Virus record (IMG/VR): IMGVR_UViG_3300050506_000125
Length of the DNA stretch: 30,467 bases
Origin: a virus
Reading direction: 5' to 3' (one strand)
Within the stretch, counting starts at the first letter, position 1. Each line of letters opens with the position of its first letter. The translations under genes were made by a program, and so were the position numbers. Of this stretch, positions 14,970 to 22,705 are shown piece by piece. Under the pieces are notes generated by a model. It was not told the DNA's origin. It saw only the letters and a program-made list of their open reading frames with translations, and made no database searches.

Positions 14970-15424
14970 ATAATATACCAAAAGAAGATTTGTGTAAACA
15001 ATGTAAAGAGCTTCCAAAAGAACCGGGATTTGAAAGATGCATGTTATGTTTGAAGAAACTAGATACTCCTGTTAAGGTTTATCGCGGTATTATATCAGGC
15101 AGAATTGAAAAGTGGCGTGATGAGAAACGTAACAAGAATACTTTAGCTCCAGCTACAAAGGAAGAGATTGAACAATTAAAACTAGAAAGAGACAGAGCTT
15201 TATTGATGAAAGATATTGCAGAAGCAAAAGAAGTAACCAAGAAGAAAGGTCTTGATGGTTGGAAGATTTTAAGATCTGTTGTTGGTTCTGAGGGATCTCC
15301 AATGCATCAAGAAAGACCACGTAAGAAAAAAGATTCTAGGCATTCGTATGATAGAGCTAGTTCGGTTATGGATAGTGCAGTAGGTAAAAAAGATAAAAGG
15401 GATTACTCGGATCTTACTGGTTAG
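14966..15424 (+). CDS. Zinc-ribbon + highly basic protein (152 aa)
   Basis: Track ORF is 14921-15424. ATG 14966 is coupled to the upstream mini-ORF. CKQC..C.LC, then a K/R/E-rich tail. Preferred over the - strand ORFs 14804-15001 and 14851-15042. Confidence 0.5.
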   Translation: MNNIPKEDLCKQCKELPKEPGFERCMLCLKKLDTPVKVYRGIISGRIEKWRDEKRNKNTLAPATKEEIEQLKLERDRALLMKDIAEAKEVTKKKGLDGWKILRSVVGSEGSPMHQERPRKKKDSRHSYDRASSVMDSAVGKKDKRDYSDLTG

Positions 15425-15426
15425 AA

Positions 15427-15522
15427 ATGAATCGTGATTTAAAGATTAGAATTGGTATTGCAGTTGTAGGTTCTTTGGTTATGTTAGGAATGTTTGCTTA
15501 CAGCTATTCTATCTACCATTGA
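15427..15522 (+). CDS. Mini membrane protein (31 aa)
   Basis: Sequence: MNRDLKIRIGIAVVGSLVMLGMFAYSYSIYH. Starts 2 nt after the upstream TAG. Confidence 0.3.
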   Translation: MNRDLKIRIGIAVVGSLVMLGMFAYSYSIYH

Positions 15523-15581
15523 TTTATCTTTTATTATAGTAAGCTTTCCTTTGCCTAGATTTATCTTGTTTTCTTGGAATT

Positions 15582-17546
15582 TCAAAAGAATTTAACCTTC
15601 CCTTTTTGTGGAGATCCTACAAAACTACCTGATGAAGCTCTCCTTTCTTCTGCCTGTGATCTTGTTTTGATTGTTGATTCTTTGTAAGTTAATTCTTCCT
15701 GTTTTCCTATTCCTATGATATCATCTATTGGAACATTGCCTAGATAATTTTTCTTTGATCCTCCACTAGATACTTTACCTATCAATCCAGGATTTCCACC
15801 AAGCCCTCCAAACTCTGCGCCTGCCTTTGGTGTTTCTCCACCTCCTTTTTCTGTATAAACTAGATCAGAAAATGTTATTGGTTCTTGTGTCTGCTTTGGT
15901 GTTTGTCTTGTTACTTGAGTTTGTAATGTATCAAAGATTGTTGTTTGTTCTGTTCCTTGCTTTGGTGTTTGTATATTTTTTTGTGTTTGTAATAGATCTA
16001 CAATTCCTAATCTTTCCTCTTCCTTTGGTTTTGTCTTTGGTTGTGGTGGTGCTGGAACTGATATTGGTATAACTGGAACAAGTGGATTACGTCTTGTTTC
16101 TTTTGGTGTTGTTCTAGTGCTAGGTGGTCTTGTTAGTAATATAGGGATTTGTTCTTCTGTTGTTTCTGGTTTTACTTTGGATCTAGCTTTTGTGGTTGTA
16201 GGTTCTTTTTCTCTTGTTATAGCTTTATTGATTTGTTCTGTTTTGGTTGTAGTCTTGGTTGTAGTCTTTGGTTCTTTTTCCTTTTCTATCTGTTGTAATA
16301 CTTGACCTGATCTTGACGTGGTTTCTTTTGGTGTTCCTCCACTTGGTTTAGTTCCTCCACCTGTTCCCTTTCCAGATAATACGCCACCTTTACCTTCTGG
16401 TTCTTTACCTGTTCCTCTTCCTAATGATATCTCGGTACTAGTAAATTGTTGAGGTGGTTTTGTTTCTGCTTTAGGTTGTGGTTTAGAAAAGGCAGCTTGA
16501 ACTTTACCTAATAGGGTTTCTTCTGGTGGCTTTACTCCTTTTGGTACTGTGATAGCTTGACTTGAAACTCTTTCCAATCCTTGACCAGTTTTGAAAACTT
16601 CTGGTGTAGATTTTATTGTACCAACTATTGATCCTGTTCCTCTCAAAGCTGCTCTAGCTCCACCTAAACCTATTCCTCCTATTGGTGCAAATTGTAAAAC
16701 ATCTATTATTGATGTAGCAGGAATTTCTTTTGTTCCTTGTTGTTCTGGAATAATAATTTGTACCTTTTGACCTGTTTTTGCACCAGAAGCACCTCTTCCT
16801 CTTGTCTTGAATGTTTCACCAGCTTTTACAGGAACAACAGATACTTTAATTGGAGATTTTAAAGATAAAAATGGAACTGCTTCTGGTTCTGTCTTGCCTG
16901 AAATATCACTAGCTGCTTGTCCTTCTTTGTTGGATAAATTCTGTCTTAGAATGGAATTGATTTGATTTGATTGTGGTGTGCCTTGTGTCTTTTGTGTTGA
17001 TGATGATTGTTTTTGTTGCGGTGGTGTTGCACTTGCATAATTTGTTTTCAATCTTGATATGAGAGCTTGTTCACCTGTTACTGTTCTTGATCCTTTTGGC
17101 GTTGATATGGTTACGGTTTCTTCTTTTGGTTTTTGAATTTGTATTGGTGCGCCTTTGTAAAGGTCTTGGTTTCTAACTGTTGTTTTTCCTTCCTTGTTTA
17201 TTGTACTTGGTAAGCTTGCTGGTGTCTGCGTTGAATAACTAAACGAACCAGCTTTAAGAGCTGCTTCCCTAGCTCCTGCATATTGATCTTTGGTAGCACC
17301 TTTTCCATATCCACCTTCTACCATTTTTTGTTGTTCTGCTTTAGCTGCTTCTTGTCTAACAAAAGTTTCTTGTTCTGATCCTGATTGAATAGCACCGGGT
17401 GCTTGCTCTCTTGTTTTAGTTACATCTTGTGACTTTATCTGTTGTTGCCTTTGTGCTTGTTGTTGTGCTGATAATTGCGCACCTTGTTTAGCTGCGTTTT
17501 GCTCTGCGGTTCTATTAGGTGGAGGCTTACTAAAATCATCAGGCAT
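15582..17546 (-). CDS. Large Cys-free, Q/T/K/P/G-rich low-complexity (probably disordered) protein, 654 aa
   Basis: Track ORF. No C or W seen, no TM helix. Internal repeats such as IVDLLQTQKNIQTPKQGTEQT / IFDTLQTQVTRQTPKQTQEP and KTTTKTTTKT. TTTATATAATTATAACC lies immediately upstream of the ATG. Confidence 0.75.
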   Translation of the reverse strand: MPDDFSKPPPNRTAEQNAAKQGAQLSAQQQAQRQQQIKSQDVTKTREQAPGAIQSGSEQETFVRQEAAKAEQQKMVEGGYGKGATKDQYAGAREAALKAGSFSYSTQTPASLPSTINKEGKTTVRNQDLYKGAPIQIQKPKEETVTISTPKGSRTVTGEQALISRLKTNYASATPPQQKQSSSTQKTQGTPQSNQINSILRQNLSNKEGQAASDISGKTEPEAVPFLSLKSPIKVSVVPVKAGETFKTRGRGASGAKTGQKVQIIIPEQQGTKEIPATSIIDVLQFAPIGGIGLGGARAALRGTGSIVGTIKSTPEVFKTGQGLERVSSQAITVPKGVKPPEETLLGKVQAAFSKPQPKAETKPPQQFTSTEISLGRGTGKEPEGKGGVLSGKGTGGGTKPSGGTPKETTSRSGQVLQQIEKEKEPKTTTKTTTKTEQINKAITREKEPTTTKARSKVKPETTEEQIPILLTRPPSTRTTPKETRRNPLVPVIPISVPAPPQPKTKPKEEERLGIVDLLQTQKNIQTPKQGTEQTTIFDTLQTQVTRQTPKQTQEPITFSDLVYTEKGGGETPKAGAEFGGLGGNPGLIGKVSSGGSKKNYLGNVPIDDIIGIGKQEELTYKESTIKTRSQAEERRASSGSFVGSPQKGKVKFF

Positions 17547-17704
17547 GGTTATAATTATATAAAGGTTCTAGAAAAGGTTTTGTCTCTTAGACGTGACTAG
17601 AAGCTTGTCATTCTCGCTACGTTCATGAAATATGATAATATTCGGCTTTCGCCCATAGGTCATTGAATGACTTGTAAACATGTTAAATTGAAGGTAATCG
17701 GAAG

Positions 17705-18139
17705 TCATTGTTTACAAATCACCTTATAATCAACTATAGCTTGTTCATAGTAAATTTTCTGATCAGCAATATAACTTTGTAATGATGGGCATGATAAAGA
17801 TAGAAAATAACTATCTTGTTGTGCTTCTGTTGGTTCTGAATCTTTGAATGTTAAAGATACACATTGACTATGAAACTTATCTCTAACTATATGAAATGAT
17901 GTGTTGTTTACAACATAATTATTAATTTGTTTCATCTCTTCACTATACAACTGGTCACAGTTCATATTTTTAATGTAATTTGTTTCTACTGAATTTTCTT
18001 TTGCATCTTCACCAGAAGCCCATGATATGTATACTACTGCACCTGACATAATAGCAAATGAAATGATTACAAAAGCCCATAAACGATAATCTGGTGGACT
18101 TGCTTCTATTGGCTCTCGTCTTTTCCCTAATGCATCCAT
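17705..18139 (-). CDS. Type-II-like membrane-anchored protein (144 aa)
   Basis: Track ORF. One N-terminal TM helix (LWAFVIISFAIMSGAVVYISW), then a soluble Cys-containing domain. Confidence 0.55.
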   Translation of the reverse strand: MDALGKRREPIEASPPDYRLWAFVIISFAIMSGAVVYISWASGEDAKENSVETNYIKNMNCDQLYSEEMKQINNYVVNNTSFHIVRDKFHSQCVSLTFKDSEPTEAQQDSYFLSLSCPSLQSYIADQKIYYEQAIVDYKVICKQ

Positions 18140-18282
18140 TAGCTTGTCGACTCCTTATCTGTCATATCTTCTGAATGTTTTATTGGTTTAATTAACTCCC
18201 AAATTGTTTCTCTTTGTGTAAAGATAAATATTCCTAGACATGGAAGAAAGACAAATATAAAAAAGCCAAATAAACCATTCAT
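18139..18282 (-). CDS. Mini membrane protein (47 aa)
   Basis: TAATG overlaps at both ends. Sequence: MNGLFGFFIFVFLPCLGIFIFTQRETIWELIKPIKHSEDMTDKESTS. Confidence 0.4.
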   Translation of the reverse strand: MNGLFGFFIFVFLPCLGIFIFTQRETIWELIKPIKHSEDMTDKESTS

Positions 18283-18545
18283 TATTTTCTATACTCCTTA
18301 TCTGTAGTGTCATTGGATTCTTTAAGATGTAATAACCATTTATAAAATAAAACTCCCCATATTATGATCGCAGTAATAATAGGAACTATAGAACCTTCAT
18401 TTGGATATACATTGAAGAATTGATTATCTTTTTGATTTGGTGTTATGATGAAATAACATAAAGCCCAAGTACAAAAAGAAACAAAAGTGATAAATAATAA
18501 TGCTATTGGGTTTAGTTTTCTTCTCATAGAAATATTTGTATTCAA
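18282..18545 (-). CDS. Membrane protein (87 aa, 2 TM)
   Basis: Track ORF. TTGA overlap with the upstream stop. Confidence 0.5.
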   Translation of the reverse strand: MNTNISMRRKLNPIALLFITFVSFCTWALCYFIITPNQKDNQFFNVYPNEGSIVPIITAIIIWGVLFYKWLLHLKESNDTTDKEYRK

Positions 18546-18829
18546 CTTATAGACCTCTTAGAGTAAGCGTTATCGAGTCCTTCTGTCTTTAGAAGTTTGA
18601 AATATATCACTATTGTAAAGATTCCTAAACCTATTGAAAGTAAGTTTAAACCAGAACTTTCTATATTAAATTCATTACATTTACTATTCCAATATCCTTG
18701 AGGTAGTGTTTTACAATCATAGGAATGATTTGATAAAGTCATCCATAAGCCTAGACCAATACAGAATATTCCTAAGAATAATACTGGTATAAATCTATTC
18801 AACCCGTTAACCTCTCTTTGTAATTGCAA
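18542..18829 (-). CDS. Membrane protein (95 aa, 2 TM)
   Basis: Track ORF with a TTG start. Confidence 0.5.
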   Translation of the reverse strand: MQLQREVNGLNRFIPVLFLGIFCIGLGLWMTLSNHSYDCKTLPQGYWNSKCNEFNIESSGLNLLSIGLGIFTIVIYFKLLKTEGLDNAYSKRSIS

Positions 18830-18983
18830 TCAGACTTTTGTTATCAATATTTCCTTGGTCAATCCATGTGTAAACTTTATAATTGAACTTCCCATTTACA
18901 GCGTTTAGTTTGATTACTAGAGATGAGCCATAGAAAACCTGACGGGTTGTTAGCTCGGTAATTCGGTCTTGTGCAGTTTGCAT
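18807..18983 (-). CDS. Hypothetical small protein (58 aa), possibly DNA-binding
   Basis: TAATG coupling to the RHH-like ORF. Sequence: MQTAQDRITELTTRQVFYGSSLVIKLNAVNGKFNYKVYTWIDQGNIDNKSLIAITKRG. Beta-rich pattern; fold not assigned. Confidence 0.35.
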   Translation of the reverse strand: MQTAQDRITELTTRQVFYGSSLVIKLNAVNGKFNYKVYTWIDQGNIDNKSLIAITKRG

Positions 18984-19123
18984 TATCTCTTTTTCTCCAA
19001 CTTGTCTAATACAAAATTAATCATCCAATCGATAGAAGTGTTTGGTGCAAACTCGCCATGAGTTTTTAATCGTTCTATTGTATTGCACTTGATCTCTGGT
19101 CTAACTATTGATTCTTCTTTCAT
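18983..19123 (-). CDS. Candidate ribbon-helix-helix (CopG/Arc-like) regulator, 46 aa
   Basis: Sequence: MKEESIVRPEIKCNTIERLKTHGEFAPNTSIDWMINFVLDKLEKKR. Pattern fits strand (IVRPEIK), helix A (NTIERLKTHG), turn, helix B (SIDWMINFVLDKL). It is the first gene of the leftward unit at the divergent promoter. Confidence 0.45.
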   Translation of the reverse strand: MKEESIVRPEIKCNTIERLKTHGEFAPNTSIDWMINFVLDKLEKKR

Positions 19124-19133
19124 TGTACTAATC

Positions 19134-19217
19134 CGTACGTTAGCGTACTATATAACTTGCTTGGTGTCATTCGTAATAGGCATGAAGGCAATAACTATAT
19201 AACGTACGTTCCCGTAC
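19134..19217. promoter_or_regulatory. Divergent promoter pair with two copies of a 15-nt box, CGTACGTTnnCGTAC, each abutting an ACTATATAAC TATA element
   Basis: Box A is 19134-19148, followed by TATATAAC at 19149-19156. TATATAAC at 19196-19203 is followed by box B at 19203-19217. The ATGs at 19123 (-) and 19226 (+) lie about 27-29 nt from the respective TATA centres. Confidence 0.6.
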
Positions 19218-19225
19218 ACTTCTCT

Positions 19226-19381
19226 ATGGCAGAGTCATTAATCAAATGTCCGCAATGCAAAAGACCAGCGACACAGTTAGGTCAAGCATACGGAAAATCA
19301 TTTGTTCCAGTTGTAGGAATTATCTATTGTTGCTTATGTGATAAAGTCTTTCATACTCCAAGGGAAATGATCTCCAAATGA
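19226..19381 (+). CDS. Zinc-ribbon mini-protein (51 aa from ATG)
   Basis: Track ORF is 19157-19381 with a TTG start. ATG 19226 fits the TATA spacing. CPQC....CCLC. Confidence 0.5.
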   Translation: MAESLIKCPQCKRPATQLGQAYGKSFVPVVGIIYCCLCDKVFHTPREMISK

Positions 19382-19656
19382 CTTCCGAGGAATTACGTCT
19401 AGAAGGAAAGAAGTTTTGGGCTACAAGAGATCAGAAACTATGGGATGAAACTAAACTTAAAACCAATCAAGAACTTTTAGATATTATACAAAGTTATTGG
19501 TCAGACCTCTCAGGTGATAATGAATTTTATTTCCCTATTCAATTACTTAGACAGAGGTTAGGCGTTAAAGTAGACGAAGAATATTTTGGTAGTACATATA
19601 AAGAATATAAAAATGATGGTTATCCAGATAATGAAATAACGGAGAGAAAGCTTTGA
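19378..19656 (+). CDS. Hypothetical acidic protein (92 aa)
   Basis: Track ORF with ATGA coupling. Confidence 0.55.
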   Translation: MTSEELRLEGKKFWATRDQKLWDETKLKTNQELLDIIQSYWSDLSGDNEFYFPIQLLRQRLGVKVDEEYFGSTYKEYKNDGYPDNEITERKL

Positions 19657-19877
19657 CGACATCCCCATCTAAGCGGAATCAGAAGGTCGTAGAACCAATT
19701 AATCTCACTGATGAGGATAGAAAAAAAGAGCCTCCTTTGGTTGCAGAACTTATGGATATATCTGATAAACTCATAGAAAAGAAACTTTGTGGTTTCTCTA
19801 TTACATTACGAAATGGATGGAGAATTTCGTTCAAGAACAATAGGTTTGCTAAACAGATTGGAGTTCCTATGCCATGA
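19653..19877 (+). CDS. Hypothetical protein (74 aa)
   Basis: Track ORF with TTGA coupling. Confidence 0.5.
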   Translation: MTTSPSKRNQKVVEPINLTDEDRKKEPPLVAELMDISDKLIEKKLCGFSITLRNGWRISFKNNRFAKQIGVPMP

Positions 19878-20056
19878 TGGAAATATCAATGAAGGGCGTA
19901 GCAATGCAACAAGTAGTTAATGATGGTCAATATCACACTTGCATGATTTGTTTAAAATTTATGGATAAAGACTGTGATGTGGTTGAAGATCACATAATGA
20001 AAACCCATACTAGAATACTTGCCTTGATTGCAGAGGAACAGAAGTCCGATGACTAG
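19874..20056 (+). CDS. C2H2 zinc-finger protein (60 aa)
   Basis: CMIC-x12-H-x4-H (CMICLKFMDKDCDVVEDHIMKTH) has classical C2H2 spacing. Confidence 0.6.
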   Translation: MMEISMKGVAMQQVVNDGQYHTCMICLKFMDKDCDVVEDHIMKTHTRILALIAEEQKSDD

Positions 20057-20225
20057 CAAGTTATCTTGTAATCAAGAACTCTTGGCAAAATTAATCATTA
20101 TGAAAGAGTTTTGTGATTATATGACAATAGTCAATTTCCTAAAGGGTTCTGAGTATTGCAAGGTCTTTTATGATGTCTATTTCGAATGTTCTAGAATATT
20201 GAGAAGGTACGGAGTAATAAATTGA
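20049..20225 (+). CDS. Hypothetical protein (58 aa from ATG)
   Basis: Track ORF is 20028-20225. The first ATG is at 20049 (MTSKLSCNQ...). Confidence 0.4.
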   Translation: MTSKLSCNQELLAKLIIMKEFCDYMTIVNFLKGSEYCKVFYDVYFECSRILRRYGVIN

Positions 20226-20710
20226 TACCAAAGACATCTCTTTACAAAGGAACTGTAGTTGATTCGGTTAAGACCATGATAGATGTAAACAAGCTTCTTG
20301 CTAAATTTGGCATACAAGAGAAACGACTAACTCAACAAGGTGGTGACAAATCCTATTTTGAATTTATAATAAGAAAAGACAATGATGTATCATTGATGAT
20401 TAAAATCAAAATACCATTCATAGAGAAAGGTTCAAGGTATTCAAAAGAATATGACGAAGCTAGGTCTTACAGATATTTTTACCATTATCTCAAAGCTTTA
20501 CTGTCTGCAAAAGAAGCAGAGATGTATTCCATTGAAGAGATATTCATGGCTCACATAGTTATGAAGCTTCCAAGTGGCGAGTCAGTTACATTAGGAGATC
20601 AGCTTGTCAAACAGATTGAATCAGGTAATACACCAATGCTAAATGATTTTGAAGTTGTGGGTAGTAAAGAGAAACCCAAGCTTGAGTTAAGGAAGATTGA
20701 GACCCAATGA
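20222..20710 (+). CDS. Hypothetical protein (162 aa)
   Basis: Track ORF with TTGA coupling. No motif I can name with confidence. Confidence 0.55.
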   Translation: MIPKTSLYKGTVVDSVKTMIDVNKLLAKFGIQEKRLTQQGGDKSYFEFIIRKDNDVSLMIKIKIPFIEKGSRYSKEYDEARSYRYFYHYLKALLSAKEAEMYSIEEIFMAHIVMKLPSGESVTLGDQLVKQIESGNTPMLNDFEVVGSKEKPKLELRKIETQ

Positions 20711-20729
20711 CATCCCGAGGTGCAAGTAA

Positions 20730-21092
20730 TTGAGTTTAGTTCATAAATTAAACTTTAAAGCTATTGTAGTCGGTATTCTAGTTTGCATAGGAACTGCTTT
20801 TGGAATGTATGAAGTAAGCCCGTCTATTATTAAATTTATGAATCCAAATACAGACTTATCATGTAATAGTATTACTATTGAAGATTGGCAGAAATCTCCA
20901 ATACATGATGAAGCTAAATCTTTAGATGAGTTTAAACAACTTTGTTTAAAATATAATCATCAATTAAATGACGTAATGCCTCAACAAATACAATTTGTTA
21001 TGACCGTCTTACCTTCTATTCTTGTAATATGTGCTTTCGCTATGTTTCGATTACATATCAAAGACTTCGATAACCAGATGGAGAGCAAGTAA
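20730..21092 (+). CDS. Membrane protein (120 aa, N- and C-terminal TM helices)
   Basis: Track ORF with a TTG start. Linked to the previous gene through an 8-codon bridging ORF (20707-20733, MTSRGASN). Confidence 0.5.
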   Translation: MSLVHKLNFKAIVVGILVCIGTAFGMYEVSPSIIKFMNPNTDLSCNSITIEDWQKSPIHDEAKSLDEFKQLCLKYNHQLNDVMPQQIQFVMTVLPSILVICAFAMFRLHIKDFDNQMESK

Positions 21093-21397
21093 TGAAACTA
21101 GATTCAAGTAATCTCTACTTACAAAAGAATCAGAAAGGCTATGAAGTTTGTATTGCTATGCCTGATGGATCAAGAAACCATCTTCATAATGAACCTTCAC
21201 CTTTAGATGAAGCAATTTGGATAATGGGCGATTTTGATGGTCAATATGAATTAGAAGATGTAAATGTAATCGAGGATGGAAGTTACTTTAGACTTCAATT
21301 AAATCTAACAGATGGTAGAGGTAAACCACAAGTATTCCATTCAAGGAAATTAAACTTAAACGATGCTATTTATGAACGAGGTATCTTACTCCAATGA
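21092..21397 (+). CDS. Hypothetical protein (101 aa)
   Basis: Track ORF with TAATG coupling. Confidence 0.55.
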   Translation: MKLDSSNLYLQKNQKGYEVCIAMPDGSRNHLHNEPSPLDEAIWIMGDFDGQYELEDVNVIEDGSYFRLQLNLTDGRGKPQVFHSRKLNLNDAIYERGILLQ

Positions 21398-21834
21398 CAC
21401 AGCCGTCATCAAGTAATAGGAAGATTGCTTTTGTTGGTACAAGTGTCAATATGACAGATAATGAAGAAAGGGATGTTAGACAGTTCATAGGCTTAATTTT
21501 GAACAGTCGTTACACTGGAAATGAGATAATAATTTCTGGTGGTGCTAAAGGCGTTGATACCATCGCTTTAGATGTTGCCAAGTCATTAGGATTTGAGACT
21601 CTCGTTTACAAACCTGATTATGAAACATGGCAATCTTATAAGAAAAGAAACCTACAGATAGCAAATGATTGTGACGAATTACATTGTATATCCGTACCTG
21701 TTCATAAAACAAAGTGTTATCATCACGAAGATCCAGAAGAAAGAAACCATGAGAAAACTGCTGGATGTTGGACAATGAATAAGGTTTTAGAGTTAGGTAA
21801 ATCCGCACAATTAATGGTGACTTTCTCCCGATGA
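21394..21834 (+). CDS. SLOG-superfamily Rossmann protein (DUF2493 / DprA-Smf-like), 146 aa
   Basis: IIISGGAKGVDTIALDVAKSLG...YKPDY......YKKRNLQIANDCDELHCI matches the GGAxGxD...RN...D pattern of DUF2493/DprA-type SLOG domains as remembered. Confidence 0.6.
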   Translation: MTQPSSSNRKIAFVGTSVNMTDNEERDVRQFIGLILNSRYTGNEIIISGGAKGVDTIALDVAKSLGFETLVYKPDYETWQSYKKRNLQIANDCDELHCISVPVHKTKCYHHEDPEERNHEKTAGCWTMNKVLELGKSAQLMVTFSR

Positions 21835-21974
21835 CAAGCAAACCAAAGAGTAATTACAAACAACATGAATTTGAAGTAGTAGGATTTCATGTTATTTGTA
21901 AGTGGTGTGGTGCTTCAAAATATGGATTTAGAAAAAGAAAAGAATGTATCCCTAGCAGGAGATTAATCCAATGA
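21831..21974 (+). CDS. Mini-ORF with CxxC (47 aa)
   Basis: ATGA overlaps at both ends. Sequence: MTSKPKSNYKQHEFEVVGFHVICKWCGASKYGFRKRKECIPSRRLIQ. Confidence 0.4.
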   Translation: MTSKPKSNYKQHEFEVVGFHVICKWCGASKYGFRKRKECIPSRRLIQ

Positions 21975-22345
21975 CATCTACAACAAACGGTCTGGAAGTG
22001 CCTGATAGATTGAATCCAAGATCAATACTAGTATGCAATTTAGCATTAATAGAATGTGGTGGAGAAATGATAAACACTCCTAAATCAATAATGGAACACA
22101 TGATAAATAATCATGGTTGGAGAAAAGTTCCAGAAATGGCTCAGGAAGATATAGACCAAAAGAAGCCTCATCCAAAGACAAAGGAGATAATGACAGAAGA
22201 AAGTTATCTCAAATTTATAGATGAACATCCCGAAGAATGGTGGTTAGATATGCAGTTCATTTGGACTGATATAAGAAACATTCACTTTCTGCATAAAAAC
22301 TCAAAAGGTGTTAGAAGTCTAAGGAGTTATTACCATGAGTGCTAA
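21971..22345 (+). CDS. Hypothetical protein (124 aa)
   Basis: Track ORF. Cys/His cluster near the N-terminus (C..C...H....H). Confidence 0.55.
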   Translation: MTSTTNGLEVPDRLNPRSILVCNLALIECGGEMINTPKSIMEHMINNHGWRKVPEMAQEDIDQKKPHPKTKEIMTEESYLKFIDEHPEEWWLDMQFIWTDIRNIHFLHKNSKGVRSLRSYYHEC

Positions 22346-22475
22346 ATCCTCGTCAACAAAAGATAACAACGGTTTAGATGAGGGCGGTAGTGTTGGCGAC
22401 ATTTCCCTGATGGGACAAAGGGGTTCGAAACCCCAAGCCCTCATTACATTTCAAAAGGAGAGTCCGAGAGAATGA
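22335..22475 (+). CDS. Possible 46-aa ORF spanning the tRNA-like GC island
   Basis: Sequence: MSAKSSSTKDNNGLDEGGSVGDISLMGQRGSKPQALITFQKESPRE. Its TGA overlaps the next ATG as ATGA. Hydrophilic and low-complexity. It competes with the tRNA-like reading of the same bases. Confidence 0.3.
   Translation: MSAKSSSTKDNNGLDEGGSVGDISLMGQRGSKPQALITFQKESPRE
22380..22443 (+). other. tRNA-like fragment (T-arm + acceptor-like ends); candidate attP core
   Basis: GGGG-TTCGAAA-CCCC T-arm followed by AGCCCTC-A. GAGGGC at 22380-85 is complementary to GCCCTC at 22437-42. At 64 nt it lacks proper D and anticodon arms, so it is not a functional canonical tRNA. It is a conspicuous GC island in an AT-rich genome. 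Confidence 0.35.
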
Positions 22476-22705
22476 CTTTAGATAGAGAAAGATTTGAAAA
22501 AACAGGTGCGAGTGTAGGCACTTGGTTTTATCAATTAGATGTTACAGAAACAGAGATGAATGATATTCTAAGAAATCAAAAAATTGTATCTAAATTAAAT
22601 ACACTGGTTGATTCAATGGATGTAGAAGGCTCTATTCCTAATCATTGGGTTAAAGAAGTTTTAAGTAACCTTCTCAAAGACGGTTCGGTGAATTTGTCAA
22701 AATGA
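22472..22705 (+). CDS. Hypothetical protein (77 aa)
   Basis: Track ORF. AAGGAGAG SD upstream. Confidence 0.55.
   Translation: MTLDRERFEKTGASVGTWFYQLDVTETEMNDILRNQKIVSKLNTLVDSMDVEGSIPNHWVKEVLSNLLKDGSVNLSK

Noticed and set aside
15827-16305. Plus-strand ORFs 15827-16072 and 16117-16305, with V/L/F-rich translations
   Set aside because: They are antisense products of the repetitive, low-complexity 654-aa gene. Repetitive K/T/Q/P codons read backwards give long stop-free hydrophobic frames.
20028-20048. The track start at 20028 for the 65-aa ORF, and similar long N-terminal extensions at 2818, 10954, 11846, 12816, 14921, 19157 and 7838
   Set aside because: The extensions rely on non-ATG starts or overlap the preceding gene extensively. 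A downstream ATG or GTG with an SD-like or TATA context, or an exact stop/start overlap, gives a more economical model. Starts remain unverified.
22380-22443. A bona fide virus-encoded tRNA gene
   Set aside because: It is only 64 nt between the acceptor-like ends. No 5-bp anticodon stem with a 7-nt loop can be drawn, and the D-arm is reduced to a 3-bp/3-nt hairpin. There are mismatches at 7:66 and at the first T-stem pair. I kept it only as a tRNA-like fragment and attP candidate.
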